From Azolla caroliniana (taxonomy: Eukaryota > Plantae > Polypodiophyta), in contig JBHGNT010000002.1 of NCBI GenBank assembly GCA_043228905.1, positions 25,792,001 through 25,856,000 of the forward strand: a DNA stretch of 64,000 nt, read 5' to 3'. Shown here in pieces: positions 24,700 through 38,800 of the stretch (within the stretch, counting starts at the first letter, position 1; each line of letters opens with the position of its first letter). A program made the translations under genes and the position numbers. The notes under the pieces are model-generated. The model had not been told where the DNA came from, did no database searches, and saw nothing but the letters and a program-made list of their open reading frames with translations.

Positions 24700-25815
24700 G
24701 TTTTTTATCACTAAGCTAGGAAGACGAATCATTGGCTCCAAATCAGTGGGTGCAATAAAGATTCACAATAGCTGGAAGGATAAAGGCATATCAGGTGACC
24801 TCCTGAAGTCGTTTTGGAGGAGACTATGGGTGTTGGATACGCTAGAAAAAATCAAGGTTTGGCTATGCCTTCTTAGCCACAAGGCGGTACATATAGGGAA
24901 GTGGTTGAGTTCCCGAGTGGTGAGGCTAGCTGTAAGTTATGTGCGCATGCTTTGGAATCAATCTCTCAATGTTTCTAGAATTGTACATAGGCGATTAGCA
25001 TTTGCAGTAGAAGCCTCAAAATCGCGGCAGCTTGCGGTGTGAATGGGAACATTGTATGGGGTTCCATATAGGGTCCTACCCTAAAAGGGGAAGGCTGGGC
25101 AGAATAGTTAAACCCACAAAGACATGGATTTATTGTGCAAGGTAGTTGCGTGTCCCAATGTGGTGGGGTGACGCCTAGCAGAAATTCGGGATTTTTTTAG
25201 GAGATTTCGCTTATGGTGGCGTGATTATCGATCTAGCACATTTGCACCAGGCATTGTAAGTTTGTTTTTCAGTGGCAAAAGCTCTCATGTGGTGAGGTGA
25301 TGTTAAATATATCTGGTTTCAGCTAGTGGCCTAGTTGCACGAACGGTATGACTTGATTCAAGGGGAATCGGATGATTCAGCAGAAAGGGCAAGGTCAAAG
25401 TTCTTGCAGAAATGGGGTGGTTCTCCCAATGATGGTAAAATTTCGAAGAGGCCCTAAGTGTTACTACCAAGTGCCTATGTGGTTGTTTCCGCCGACGGCT
25501 CCCAATATTGTACATGGGATGTAAATATGTATTAATATAGTTGGAGCACAAGTGGGTTATCATGGTTGTGTTACCCGGATAACTTTCTTATAAAAGAGTA
25601 CGTTGGGATAAGTAGAATCGGGGTAAAATGGGGTTTATTTCAGTTTTGTTGGGGATAAGGGTAGCATGAGTTTTGTTGGGGGGTTTTTTTGTTGGTTTTG
25701 GAGTTGGTCCTCCGTGTTGTATATATTGATTCCATTGTGGATTCATGTTGAACTTTGTTGTATTCTATTTGCTAACTAATGTAAAGTAGTGTTAATTTTG
25801 TTTTAAAAAGAAAAC
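24700..25815 (+). mobile_element. 5'-truncated LINE 3' end (zf-RVT region, A-rich tail)
   Basis: FWRRLWVLDTLEKIKVWLCLLSHKAV resembles the zf-RVT segment. T-rich 3' region ending TTTTAAAAAGAAAA. Confidence 0.6.
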
Positions 25816-28800
25816 TATAGTACATATAATGGATATCAAGTGTTATATTTATGTCCTACATTAGAGTTACTTCATTTTATTTTGATAGCTAAAATTTTAT
25901 CTACGTATTTTTTATTCTCATAGGTTATAGCAAAAGTCTTGTCTCAACTTTTTCATTCTTGTATATATCTTGGATCCTTGTTTACCACCGGTTTTCTCTC
26001 AAGAATAATTGATGGCACCAAATGGCCACTCTCTCTCATATGAGATTACCAAAATTTGACCTCTATTGGATTATGGTTACATTTGGTTTGGATTAGCTCC
26101 AAACGAAGTAATTTACAAGCCGAAAGTTGTAGGCAAAACATATCGTTTCTCTATGCTTAGGTTTGGTCTCTTTTACCACAAATGTTGGGAGATATTATAA
26201 TATTTCCAAATGGAGTTGCACCATTGCTACTCATGCCATGCCAATAATAGAACTAATTGAGAGTAAATCCACTAAAATATTAAGTGTCTCTTACCATCCT
26301 CTAACGTCTTCCATGCAAGTCATTTTACAACATATGAATTTCCATGGAAAAGGATGAGGCTTGAGATTTCTTATGGCTAAAATGATTCTACTATTGAGGG
26401 TTGAGATTTTCCTACCATTCTTAAGGTTGAGAGCCGACTGAGAGTCGGCCAACGGCTAAGGGCCAAAAAGTAGGTTATATATATTTACAAATATATATAT
26501 TGTGGTGTGAGACACAATATATAAGTGGATATATATATGCACGATGGGCGCAAAAAATGAGATATAGAGAGAGTGTGTGTGACTGAAAAACAGAAAACAA
26601 AGAGACTAAGTGTGAGAGCACGTGAGCAATAGCGACAATGTTCTACAAACGAAGATATAGAGGTTTGAAGGGGTTGTTCACTGGAGTACGGCTTTCCAGT
26701 CCATCTGTATCAGGTTTTTCATTCTTTTTTCTGTTTTTCTATTGTTCTTCCATCCAATCGGGTGAAGATCGTTACCAAGGTTATTGCCTTGATGCATATG
26801 TATTCCTCTAGTGAAAACTAGCGAGGTTGTTCTCACTTGTACTCTAAGCATAATGAAATTTATTACTGGCTTAGAGTAACACGGTGTCGTATGCTCGTTC
26901 CTTTGGTATCCAACTCGAGGTCTTGAGGTAGGGAGGTGGAACGTGTACAAGTTCTCTATCTAGGGAAAAATACATCGACGTGTAGAGAAACTATGTATTC
27001 TATGAATCAAGTTGTGGTGACTGAGGACCAAGCCAGCTACAACCGATTGGTGGTGTGCAATACACAGAAACATACTACAAATGCTCAACACGAATTAAAA
27101 CTCTCAACACATGAATAGAGTATATGCAACACAAATATTCTATTACAAGACGTAGACTTAATACCCTAATACAACCGATTAGTTTTTACATCTTTCCATG
27201 TACCTTTTTATAGGGAGCATGGGTGGTTACGTCTAGACGTGAACCACTACTACTTCCACTAAATTATTGTGTTACAAACGTTTCTTTTTCCTTCTAGTTC
27301 CTTGTCCGGCCCCACCCGTCTTCGACCTGACTCGTAACTGTTTGTGCCTTTTTCATACCTTGGTCGTCCTAACCGGCCAATAAAATGGTTTGGAACCCTA
27401 AGGGTCCCGTGGTTTTTTCCGATTTGAGTTTTCCACATAAAATCTAGTGTACTCTGATTTTTGTTTTCAGTTGTGTCTGTTATTCGTTGTGTTGGTGGTC
27501 TAAGTTAATCCTGATTCCCAATTCCAAACACTTTGTTGAAAGTGGCCGTCAGGTGCGGAACAATCTCAGCATCTCTTTGTGATGAAGATCACCAAAGAAT
27601 GGAGAGAAATAGATTAAGAACAATAGACAACTAGAACATAAGACAAGATCAACGAGAAAACAAGGAGAAGAGGAACTGCAAAGTAGGCACAAAAAAGATG
27701 TGACTATATTATTCTCAAAAGTTACAATAGCACAAGGTACAAAGTGAACCCCTTAACACTAGGTTACAAGAGTCAATCTAACTAACTTAGGGCAACTGCC
27801 CTTTCCACTATTTACAAAAATGGCTTAAACCTAGTGTGTCCAATGGGACAATGTGAATATGTCCATTAGATACCTGTATTCGACACTCCCCTATCCCCTA
27901 TAATGGGCGTATACAACAAAAAATCTGTAATAAAAGATGTGAACTGCAAATACATATTTATACAAGGTTGTCCAACAAATCAATTTTTGTTCGAGTCGGC
28001 AAACTCTAACAGCAGAAGGCCGAATCGGCCGAGATTAGAAGGATTGAAGCCAAAGCTCGAACTGTCAATGATGATTGTCTGAAACCATCCTGAATGTCCG
28101 ACTTAATCGGAATGATTCTTCGTAACACCCATCTGGTGCTGAAGGGATTGGAATCAATCCGCCGAAAGACACTTGGTCATCCCATCTGCGACATTATTGG
28201 TTGTAGGTATTTCTCGAGGCCAATTTTCCCTGAAATGACACAGTCCCAAGCAAAGTGATACCTCATGTCTATATGCTTCGAGGCATTGTGTTGAACTGGA
28301 TTTCTCGACAAAGCGACAGCACCCTGACTATCACTATAGACAACTAGAGCCGAATCGGAATCAACTTGTCGAAACGTGTGAGCCAACCGATCGAGCCATA
28401 ATGCCTCTTTCAACGCATCGGATGCGGCAACATATTCTGCCTCGATCATTAACGTGGCAATGCACTCTTGAAGTTTTGACTTCCATGAGATTGCTCCATT
28501 GCCGAAATTAAAGCAATATCCAATTGTCGACTTTCGACTGTCTATGCAACTGGCAAAGCCCAAGTCAGTATAACTGACTACACCTGAAGTGTCATTCGGG
28601 CCAAATAAGATTTCATAGTCTTTTGTGTCCACCAAATATCTGAACAGATGCTTTACTGCGTTCCAATGCGATCGGTTGGGATTGTGCATAAATCTGCTGA
28701 CGACTCCTACGGCATGAGCAATGTCAGGTCGTGGCATGACCATCGTGTACATCAAGGAGCCAACTGTCGGTGCATACGGTACCAACTTCATAACTTCCCG

Positions 28801-29407
28801 CTTCGGACTAGATGTCGAACAATCTTGCTGAGACAGTCGAAGACTAATAGGGAGCGGGGTCAAAGCAGATTTGGTCGATTGCATGTTGAAGCGTTTTAAG
28901 ACACGTCCAATATAATTGACTTGAGACAGAAACAGTTTTCTTCGAGTTTGAATTTGACTTATCTTCATCCCTAGAATGTGTCTTGCCAGACCGAGGTCCT
29001 TCATGGCAAACTTCAACCGCAGTTGACGAACTTGCGGTTGTCAAACAAGTTGTAAAGATGGATAACCCATCTTGAGCTGTTTGGGTGAAGAGACAATGAT
29101 CCTCATCGCTCTTGGAGAAGCCGACTGATTGGGTAAAGTCGTCGAACTTATTGTACCACTGCCTCGGTGCCTATTTCAAGTTGTAAAGACTCTTTCTAAG
29201 TAGGCAGACAAGATGTTCCTGGCCAGATACCACGAAGCCTTTTGGATGCTCCATATAAATTTCCTCCTCTAGGTCACCATGGAGGAAAGCCGTTTTGACA
29301 TCTAGTTGAATCAGTTCCAAATTCTCGAGAGACTGATGTGGCATAGGGCCACATACGTCCGAATGGACCAAATCGAGTGGACTCGATTCTCTCGATGCGG
29401 TCGTAGG

Positions 29408-30243
29408 CATGGTTGTTTACGTACTTGTATTTAATGTTAAAATATGTATAGTACCTCATAATTTGTATAGTACGTACTATACCTTAATGTTGTTCAGTCA
29501 AATATCATGTACATTTGTCCAATGTGGTCTTTAACGTACATTTGAAAAAATATGTATAATACGTATTTATAAAAAAAATTGTAAGTAAAACCCCAACAAA
29601 AAGCAAATGAAAAAAAAAATAGCCAAAACGAAGCAAAAAGAAGGAAGAAAGAAGAACAAAAGAGATGACAACGAGGAAGAAGAAGAAGAAGAGAGAAAAG
29701 AAGACTAACACCTATCATGACTTTGAGTGTGATAATCACAGAAGATAGATGAAGAAAATGATGATAAGAAGAGAGAAAAGAAGACAAAAACCTATAATGA
29801 GTGTGATAATCGTAGACGATTCCTTAATCTATGAGGGCATAATTGTAAATAAGTACAATTTGAAGTAGAACATTGTGATACACACTTACACTGATTTATA
29901 GAACAAGTGTGTCGACATCCATATTATAAATATTTTACGATGTGAAATGTTCAAATGTCTTATATGCATTTTAGGATGTAGAACAATAATGTACATCACA
30001 AAATTGTGTAAACAAAGATGCTTTTTACAATATTACAAATAATTTTTAGAAAGGAAAGTAATTTTCAAATTCTAGAAGTATTTAACGTACTATACGTAAA
30101 ATACGTCAAATACGTATTTTATAAGTATTCAACATATTAAAAAACGTATTTAACGTATTTTTAAATTGGGAGGTACTATACACGTATTAATACATTAAAT
30201 ACATATGTTATTCGTACCGTATCTAACGTACCTAACAACCTTG
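29408..30243. mobile_element. Non-autonomous hAT-like element nested in the Copia integrase
   Basis: Imperfect TIR CATGGTTGTT / AACAACCTTG. TACGTA subterminal repeats. AT-rich core. Interrupts the integrase frame. TSD is degenerate. Confidence 0.7.
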
Positions 30244-30669
30244 GGACTCATAGGGTGTGAGGTTGCGGCTTGTTTGCCATACTAGCAATGCTCACAGAAC
30301 TAGTGATCTGAGAAGGAGAGTTTGGGGATACATCCACCGCTGGATAAATGTGTTATGCGGGCCTTGCTAAGGTATCTAAGTCGTCCATGCCATAGCGATG
30401 ATCCGGGAATATCAACCAGGAACAAGTCACCCTGTCTAAGTGTGACATATAGCGAGAACAAAGAATGTACTTTCGGACCTCGAGCAAGGAGGAGGTTCCC
30501 CTTGTGGAGTGTCCACAATCTTGATGAGAAGCCCGCATGGATGTTGTCTTCATCAAGTTTCCGATTGAGATCAACGGTTCTGAGAACTCCGGTACATGTC
30601 GGACATTGTGTAGTACTAATGTAGAGCGTGTTGGGGAAATAGGTTCCTCTGGATGGGAAGAGCATGAGC

Positions 30670-31179
30670 CGAATGGAATGGAATCAATAGGTGAACTCGA
30701 ACGAGGCCGAAAATCAATTTCCGAAAAATCGACTAACAGATAATTTATTTGATTATTAGCCAAATCAGTCGCAGCCGATTCGGGAGGGGGGCTATAATTG
30801 TAAATAGCCTAAATGGGCCCTTAGTGGGCCACAGTTGTAAATAGCCCATATTGTATATGAGTATAAATATACTTAAGGGCAAGTAGTTAGAAACAGAGAA
30901 TCATCATTATTCTTGTTGAACAGTAATTGTAGTTGGTTGTTACCACTATAATTAGAGTGTGAGAGAGTGAGAGAGGGTGTGTGTATCTCTGTAGCCGTCT
31001 GTGACGACAAAGAGCTTCAAGGTCGTTGTGATTCTGTTTGGAGTTTGTGGACTCCTCGTGGTTTTTCCCTTTTTTCGGGTTTTCCACGTTAAATCGTGTG
31101 TCTTTGTATTTGTGTCTTTATACTTGTCTGTTTTCTGTCATCCTTGATCTTTGCATCCGCATACGTATACGTGTTAACC
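30670..31179 (+). mobile_element. Nested opposite-strand LTR with PPT (3' end of another Copia-like element)
   Basis: GGGAGGGGGG PPT at 30782-30791, then TGTAAATAG at 30799. TATAAAT box. LTR-like end near 31178. Confidence 0.65.
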
Positions 31180-33820
31180 GGTTGTGGCCGGAGGTCGATT
31201 CTCAACAGAGCCACCCGGAAGATTGAGCTCTACGGTGCCAATTCCAATTATAGCACAATGTTGCGAATTTTTTACTCGGACTGAGTCGGAGTGTCAGGCC
31301 AAATATTGCCGAAATTGGGATCGATGAGGGGTCACGTGATAGGATACACCCGAATCCAAGAGCCATGTGCTCGATTCCTCAGTCGTACGTAGAACTTCTG
31401 ATTCGCCTAAGTTTTCTATAAAAAGAATATTCAGGTTATCCATCAATATTTTGGCTGAACAGTCGACGTAGTTTACCTCCTCATGTCGGCCACCCTTTTG
31501 ATCAGCTCACTGAGCTTTATTATTCTTAGCTTTGAGGGCGCAGCAATCGGCCTTAATGTGTCCAGGTTTTTTGCAATAGTTGTAGATTCGATTGTCCCAG
31601 GACTTGCTCCGACTTCGTTGATTGTTTGGCAGTCGAAAAGAACTTCTTCCTCGACTGTTCGATCGGTAGGTCAAACCTTGTACTACATAGGTGTCACTCG
31701 CCGAATCGTTTACAAATGATTTCCTCCGAGCTGCTTTCAGTCAGGATTGTGTTGGTGACTTCGGGGTATTTTACTACTGCAGTCGACACATTGCACACAA
31801 TTGTGACGAAAGTTTCCCAAGAAGGGGGGTGACTACTCATGAGCAACATAACTCTCAATTCGTCTTCGATTGTTGTCCCTTGGGCCGAAATCTAGGAACT
31901 TAGACTTTCATACTGATTCAGTGCTTGGACCGAGTCGGATTCTTTCATCCGAAGTTTGTAGTGGCATCGAATCAAATATACCTTTGTGGCAGAGACCTTC
32001 TTTTCGTAAGTGTCTGAGAGTGTCTTCCATATTTGAAAGGCGGTCGAACACGATTGCACTCTGAAGTACACTGACTCCGACACGTGCATCCGAATTATGG
32101 TCGGACGATTCAGTCCAGCTTCTGCCACTCATTCAGCTTGTATCCTTCTGGAGCATCTTCAGTCTCGATTGGGTTAATCTGACCCTTGGCTATTAGATAG
32201 TCGTGCATCTGCTCCTTGCAAAAGTTGACGTTCGATCCATCGAACTTCCTTAGACTCATTTCTAATGAGCCGGATGTTGATGCCATTTGAGTCGGTTTGT
32301 TGAACTATGACCGGAGTCGACTACGAACTGTGGTAGAGTGCAATTGACTGGCTCACTCGATATCATTCTAGTCGGATTTGGACACAAGCTAAATCGGCTT
32401 CGATTGTTGGTAGGTTCTGCCTGAAGCAACTATAGCCAAGTTGGACACAAATGTGCCAATTGGTTAGCCAATTGGATTTCAAATGCTGATTTCAAGGTAC
32501 CGATCATAGGTTATGTGCCTTTGTGTCAATTATCCAGGTCAATCCTACTTCGGGTGACTACGACAATAAGAGGGATAGGTCCAACTAGTTTTCCCAAATG
32601 TTGTCTAGCCAAATGAAGCACGAAATGGGGTTGTTCCTGGGGCCGACTTTGCTTTGAGTGGTTACGACGAGTGAGTGAATAGCGTCAAATGACCTATTTG
32701 ATTGTCGCCTAACCATATGAAGCATAAGTATGGCATGTCCAATGAAGAAATCTCACTCCGAGAGCTACAATCACAAATGATTTAGAACAGTGCAGGCAGA
32801 CTTTTCATGTGTTTCTCTTCGGTGAAAATGATCTTGTAGAGAGTTGTCAAACGAGGGATTTCAGTAGGACTGAAATCTTGGAATCTGTTATACTAGAAAC
32901 GATTTTCAGAAGGAACGAAGGAAGATTTGTTGATGAAGACAAAGTAGACGGTTGGATGTAGAATCGAAAACACCAAGCTCTAATACCAAATGTTAGCGGC
33001 CGTTAAGTGTGGAACAATCTTAGCATCTCTTTGTGATGAAGATCATCAGAGAATGGAGAGAAATATATTAAGAACAATAGACAACTAGAGCATAAGACAA
33101 CATCAACGAGAAAACAAGGAGAAGAGGGACTGCAAAGTAGGCACAAACAAGATCTAACTGTATTATTCTCAAAAGTTACAATAGCACAATGTACAAAGTG
33201 AACCCCTTAACACTAGGTTACAAGAGTCAGTCTAACTGACTTAGGGCAACTGCCCTTTCCACTATTTACAGAAATGGCTTAAACCTAGTGTGTCCAATGG
33301 GACAATGTGAATATGTCCATTAGAGACCTGTATTCGACACGCTTTGTATGGAACGATTGATCAGCAATGACATTGTTAATGCCCTTGCAATATGCCAATC
33401 TAAAAATGTACTCTTGCAAAGTTAGTAACTAGAAGAGGAGGGGAAGAGGAAATGTCCAAGGGGTATCACTTGTCGATCAGTGAAACAAGTAGTTGATAAT
33501 CCGTTTCGGCTCAAACCAACATGCTATGAAGGTAAGGATGGAACTTTTTCTGTAGTGAAGTAATTTTCTTTCGCATTTAAAATTGACAAGTTGATGTAGG
33601 CAATTGGTTGTCACCCTTGATATCTATGTTCTTTTAGGAGAACAAACGCCTAAAACATGGTTAAAATCGTCTAATTGTAACTTGGAAATCAAGGTGAACT
33701 AGTTTCTTTATATTCTCAATTAAGTGTTTAATTTTTTTTGGAAAAAAAAATGTTTAAGTTTTGTGAAGCTTTGGTTGCAATCTACATACGAAGTTGTTTC
33801 CTTCTTCGAGTAACTAACTA

Positions 33821-33822
<2 letters not shown>

Positions 33823-33902
<80 letters not shown>
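33823..33902. repeat. (GT)n microsatellite, about 40 units
   Basis: Directly visible. Confidence 0.97.
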
Positions 33903-33904
<2 letters not shown>

Positions 33905-35892
33905 AACAAGGTTAGGAATGAAAATAGGGTGAACTTTACCATTGCTAGGAAACTCTAGAGGCTCCTTTGCTAACATTGGAATCCGAAAATTGGCAAGCTG
34001 TAATTTTTTAATCTTTTGTAATACCTACTTTAGGACGTATATGTGCTCCATGGAGGTTCGTCTATGGATGAGTATGTCATCTACATAGACCACAATGATG
34101 TCACAAGTTGTCAAATTGAGAAATATGTCATTCACCATTCACCATCGGTAGGAATGTGCTATTGGAATCAAATACATCAAATGGCATATCGAAAATTTGA
34201 AAAACATGGTCCCCCTGGCATGGAAAGCTCTTTTATGCGCATCTTGAGTCCTTCATCATCAATATTTGCCATTAGCTTGATGCCAAAATCGAGTGACATT
34301 TTCCTATCTCGTCTACTCGATCATCAACCCATGGTAATGGGTATAAATCATGCACAATCACTTTGTTGAGTCATCTGAAACCGATACAAATGTGGAAAAA
34401 TGCCATCGGCCTTGCGCACCAGATGTGGTTCTAGGACCTAATGGTCGTTGGAGGGAATGATGATTGCTTGACCAATGCAATGGTTTTGAATTTTTCTGAA
34501 TAAATTTTTGTCCTACATGCGAGAAACTTTTGTGGTTAGTTGCGACTTGTATGTGTACAAAGGAATGATGGGGATGTGCTAATATGTGCATCAGCATGGG
34601 GAGGAATTTGGTAAACCTAGATTTGTAGTACCAAAATGAAGTTTGTGCTCTGCTTTGCAGGAACCAACACACCCTAATGTGATGGTCCAAAATAGTTGTT
34701 TTTGTAGGATAGGAAAACAAAGGTAGAACATATGGTGGCAAACAAGAGAGAGCAAGATACAACAATATGAGAGTGTTACACATGTTGTTTATCACCAAAG
34801 ATGACTCTGGTTCGCATTACTAGCTCTAATTGCGTGTTGATGCAAGAAATACTGAAACCTAAATCGATTAAGTTTTTTTGTCTAGTTCCATTAATATAGG
34901 ACAAAGAAAGAACATGATTGGAAGATGTAGAAGCTTACAAGTGTGGTTGTTGCTCTTAGATGTGACCCAAATAGGTATACGCTGAAATAATCATATATCT
35001 AGCCAACCAAATCTTGACCAATACATATAACCAACACATGATTTCAACAAGCCATCAACGTCCATGGAAAGGTGTGCATACACTCATGCAAGTGGATATT
35101 GTGTAAAAGTTTCTCCTAAATGGGTTATAGATGCCACAAAGAAATGTTTTGGTGCAACTATTTAGCTCAAGGGCACATATCTACGGAGCATTATTTCCAA
35201 CCACATAAAACATGTAGATTCTTCTTTATGTGGAATTGTTCCCATTACTTTGTGTTATTGCAATCAAATGTTAAGGTATGCGGAAATGGCATTCTGTCTG
35301 TTTTGCACATTTCGATACAAAACATCTTGCTTCACGCATTAAAAACAACAGTCTAATAACTGCTCATTAGCATTGTACTTGGGATCTTCAACATTTCAGT
35401 TTGTATTAAAACAATGTATTTTAAGATGTAGAAGTTTGAAGTTCAAGAAGTTAAGGCATGAAAGAATAGTTTATATCATTCAATGTTTTTAACTAAATCA
35501 AAGCTAGTATCAACAGTCAAAAACAGATAGCACATTAATCCTTAATCTCGCAGCAGTACACACAAAACAATAAAGTACCTGTGCAAAAATCCAAGCAGAT
35601 TAGAGCACGGAACAAGAAAATCTACTCTTCCAAATCTTTACAATAGATTATCAAAAAATGTAAACGTTTGCACTCAATGTGTACATTTGCTCCTCAATGT
35701 ATACTTTCTGCCTAATCCAAAATTGAAGATCAAATAACAAAAGTGTACATATTAAGAGTATGCATGATTATGACTATACTCTTCTTCTTTGCTTAACATG
35801 ATCCTTATCAAATTTGCCATGTATCAAGCACATCTATTGTAGTCTTTATGATGGATACATGGCTCTGTAGTCATTGCGATGGATGGTACTCA

Positions 35893-38800
35893 TTATATAT
35901 CGGACATCAGTGATGGGCCATCATCCATAGTAATAACCCTAGCTTCTGCCCATGGAAAGTGTAAGATAGAAGAGGTGCTTTGCAAAAAGCAATTGTTTAC
36001 AATGAATCGAAGACACTGAAGGAGATGGCTATTTGCCTTGCCAGCATCTCGTTTGAGTAGCTCTGACAACAAACTTGGTCGTTGTTGTAATTGCATGGTA
36101 TCATGTGAAGAAAAATGTTTGTTCCGACGTTTCCACCGTGGTACACGTTCTCTCCGTGGCTTGATTTGATCATTTTCTGTCCTAATAGGGGGAACCTTAT
36201 CACCATCTGGATTCTCGATCTCTTGCAATTTTTCCTCAATCAGAGATATTTTCTCATCTGCTCCCAATGTATCATCATTTCCAAGAGGAGTCTTGCAAGC
36301 ATGAGAATTAGAATTGAAATGCCTCTTGTTTGCATTTCCGGATTTGTGTTCTGATACCATATTATATTCTTTATTTTCCAGTCTGCCAGGTTGTTGCTGG
36401 TCATCATTACGTGGCATCAAATATTTCGGTGGAATCTCTGCCACTTGAAATCCAAGCTTTTTCTGCCTATCAAGAACCTCTTTCATTTGCTGCAAGAAAA
36501 GAATAAAATCGCAATAAGCCATAGCCTATAGGTTGGTAGTTTCAATTCCTGAACCTGTCCCCAGTTGCAGCAATCAAACCAATGAATGGGAATAAGCAAA
36601 TTGCTTGAAAGAATAAGCACAACGATATGAAAGAATACCGTATGCACATTGAAAAGGAAAAGGTATATATAATTTGTAAACACATCATTGGAAACATTGA
36701 GAAGAAAAAGAACATCATTGGAAAGAGTAAGAACATTGAAAAGAATCAGAAAGTTATTGAAACGAATAAGTTCATCTTGGAAGCACATCATCAGAAACAA
36801 ATAAAAGCACATTATTGAAAAAGAAATATACGCTCATCATTGAGCAATTGACGGGATGTTATGTTGACTCTTACTTCACGATGCTTTCGCAACTCTCCAT
36901 CAAAGAGAAGTTCTGCTGTTTCACGATTCTTCTTTTGTTCTGCCTGTAGATATTTCCTTGCAAAACATATACTTAAAGCATCCACAGTTTCGTAACCATA
37001 ACAACACCAAATTCAAATCATTACCTTCCGGATCACATTTGCCAATGTGGGATAGTTCTTTTTGCGCTCTTCACGCCAGCGAGACACCTCATCTTTGTCT
37101 TCCATTGAACATAAAGCTAATACCCTACAAGGAAAAAAGCAAAAAAAAAACATATAAGGAATTGATACAATTAAATAAAAAAGCAAAGCAGACATTGGAT
37201 TGCAGCGAATGCTTTACTTGTGACCAATGGCTGACATTGTGACAGCAACTTTCCCATGCTCAGCAACCTTATGCTCCTTGACAATTTTTCCTTTATAAAG
37301 ACCAAAAAGATTTGTAATGAGAGAACTAAACACTAAATCAAGATTGAAACTGATTTACCAAGGCTAGATTTATTTGTCAATGATTGAGCTTCTAGAGAAA
37401 AATACCAAAATTCTGTCCAAGTTTCTGACATTTATCAGGAAAGCCTTAATGTTTTCAACAATTACCAAACTATTTTGATGTTTTATCATACAGATGAAAC
37501 ACTACAATTCCTTTGATTGAGACTGAAGAAAGCAAAAAACAGAAAAAATGTTCACCTGATGCTTCATATCTACATCCTTCTTCACTGCATTTAACATGTG
37601 ATTTCAAGTGAGCATTAAAATCCCCTTGATTTCCAAAAGCCCGATCACATGGAGCACAATGCAGTTCTTGCTGATTTGGTCTATGGTTCATGTTTGATCT
37701 GCATTAGAAATAATGGCAGTAAAGAGATTGAAACTAAGAAAAATAATATGAAAGAAAACGTCAACATATTTTATCTTTAGAAAGGTTTGGCTTTGGCTCA
37801 CCTTCCACACATCCCTTGATTATAATGGAGTTCTCTGAAATCATCTTCGCATGTTCCTCCATGATGATTAAAATGATTATCATGCCTGTTCTTTGAATAA
37901 TGTTTCTCCTTTTGACCTTTTCTTGGCCAGGGAGCCTCTCTATGCGAAGTGCCTTGCGATTTTGAACGATGATCATCCATTTGTATGTTTGTAAAGGGCA
38001 ATACATGTGGTTTTGGAGGAAAATCCTGGTGCAAATGATTACCTTTTGTGCCAGAGAAAAGGGGTTCTTCTCCACAACATGATTGCGGCTCATCATGTAG
38101 AATTGGCTGCTTTTGATCAATCTTTTGCCAATTTGAATGCTTGCCTATCTCAACAGGTACCTTGGTCTCTACATTAGCCTGAGAATTATATTCCTGGGCC
38201 TTCTTTTGACCATGACATAATATGAACTCATTCATGCATGGCTGCGTCTCATGCTTCACTGGTGAAACCATGTGTTTACCATGAGCCAATTTCATATCAT
38301 TACAACACACTTGATTGTTTGTGTGAAGGTTTAGATGTTGATTTCCAGTTGAGCACATTTGTCTCTGTAACATGTTCAACTGTGGATTGTTCCCTTTCCA
38401 AGAATGCGAACTCATAAACGCGGTTAAACATCCCTGTGTATATATTAGGGAACGATCGGTCAAAAAACAACGGAAAGAACAATGGTATATGTATGTGAAA
38501 AGGATCATTAAATGAGAACGCAAAAGATGACAATCCTACCTGAGGTACAGTTTCCATTACAGGAGGATTTTGAGGATAACTTGGTTGCCAAGTTGATGCC
38601 GATTGTTGCAGTTGATGCATTGAAGGGGGTGATATCAAATGACTACAATTATCCATATAAATAGGTTTCCCCAAAACTGGAACTCCAACGGCAATACCAT
38701 TTACATCACAGCCCTGAGTATATGAAGACGATGAGGTTTGGTTCGAGTGAGGTAACAGGTCATGTGGCATTATCTCTTCCAATGATATGTGTTGTTGAGA

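Larger units (their letters stand above)
27534..33339 (-). mobile_element. Ty1/Copia LTR retrotransposon, internally deleted, with two nested insertions
   Basis: LTRs 27534-27885 and 32991-33339. TSD CACTT / CGCTT. PBS GCTCTAATACCA at 32977-32988. PPT next to 27886. RT/RNase H ORF 28177-29016. gag fragments 31500-32290. Confidence 0.93.

Noticed and set aside
26400-26975. Possible solo LTR
   Set aside because: LTR-like composition and a weak terminal repeat, but no matching TSD, PBS or PPT.
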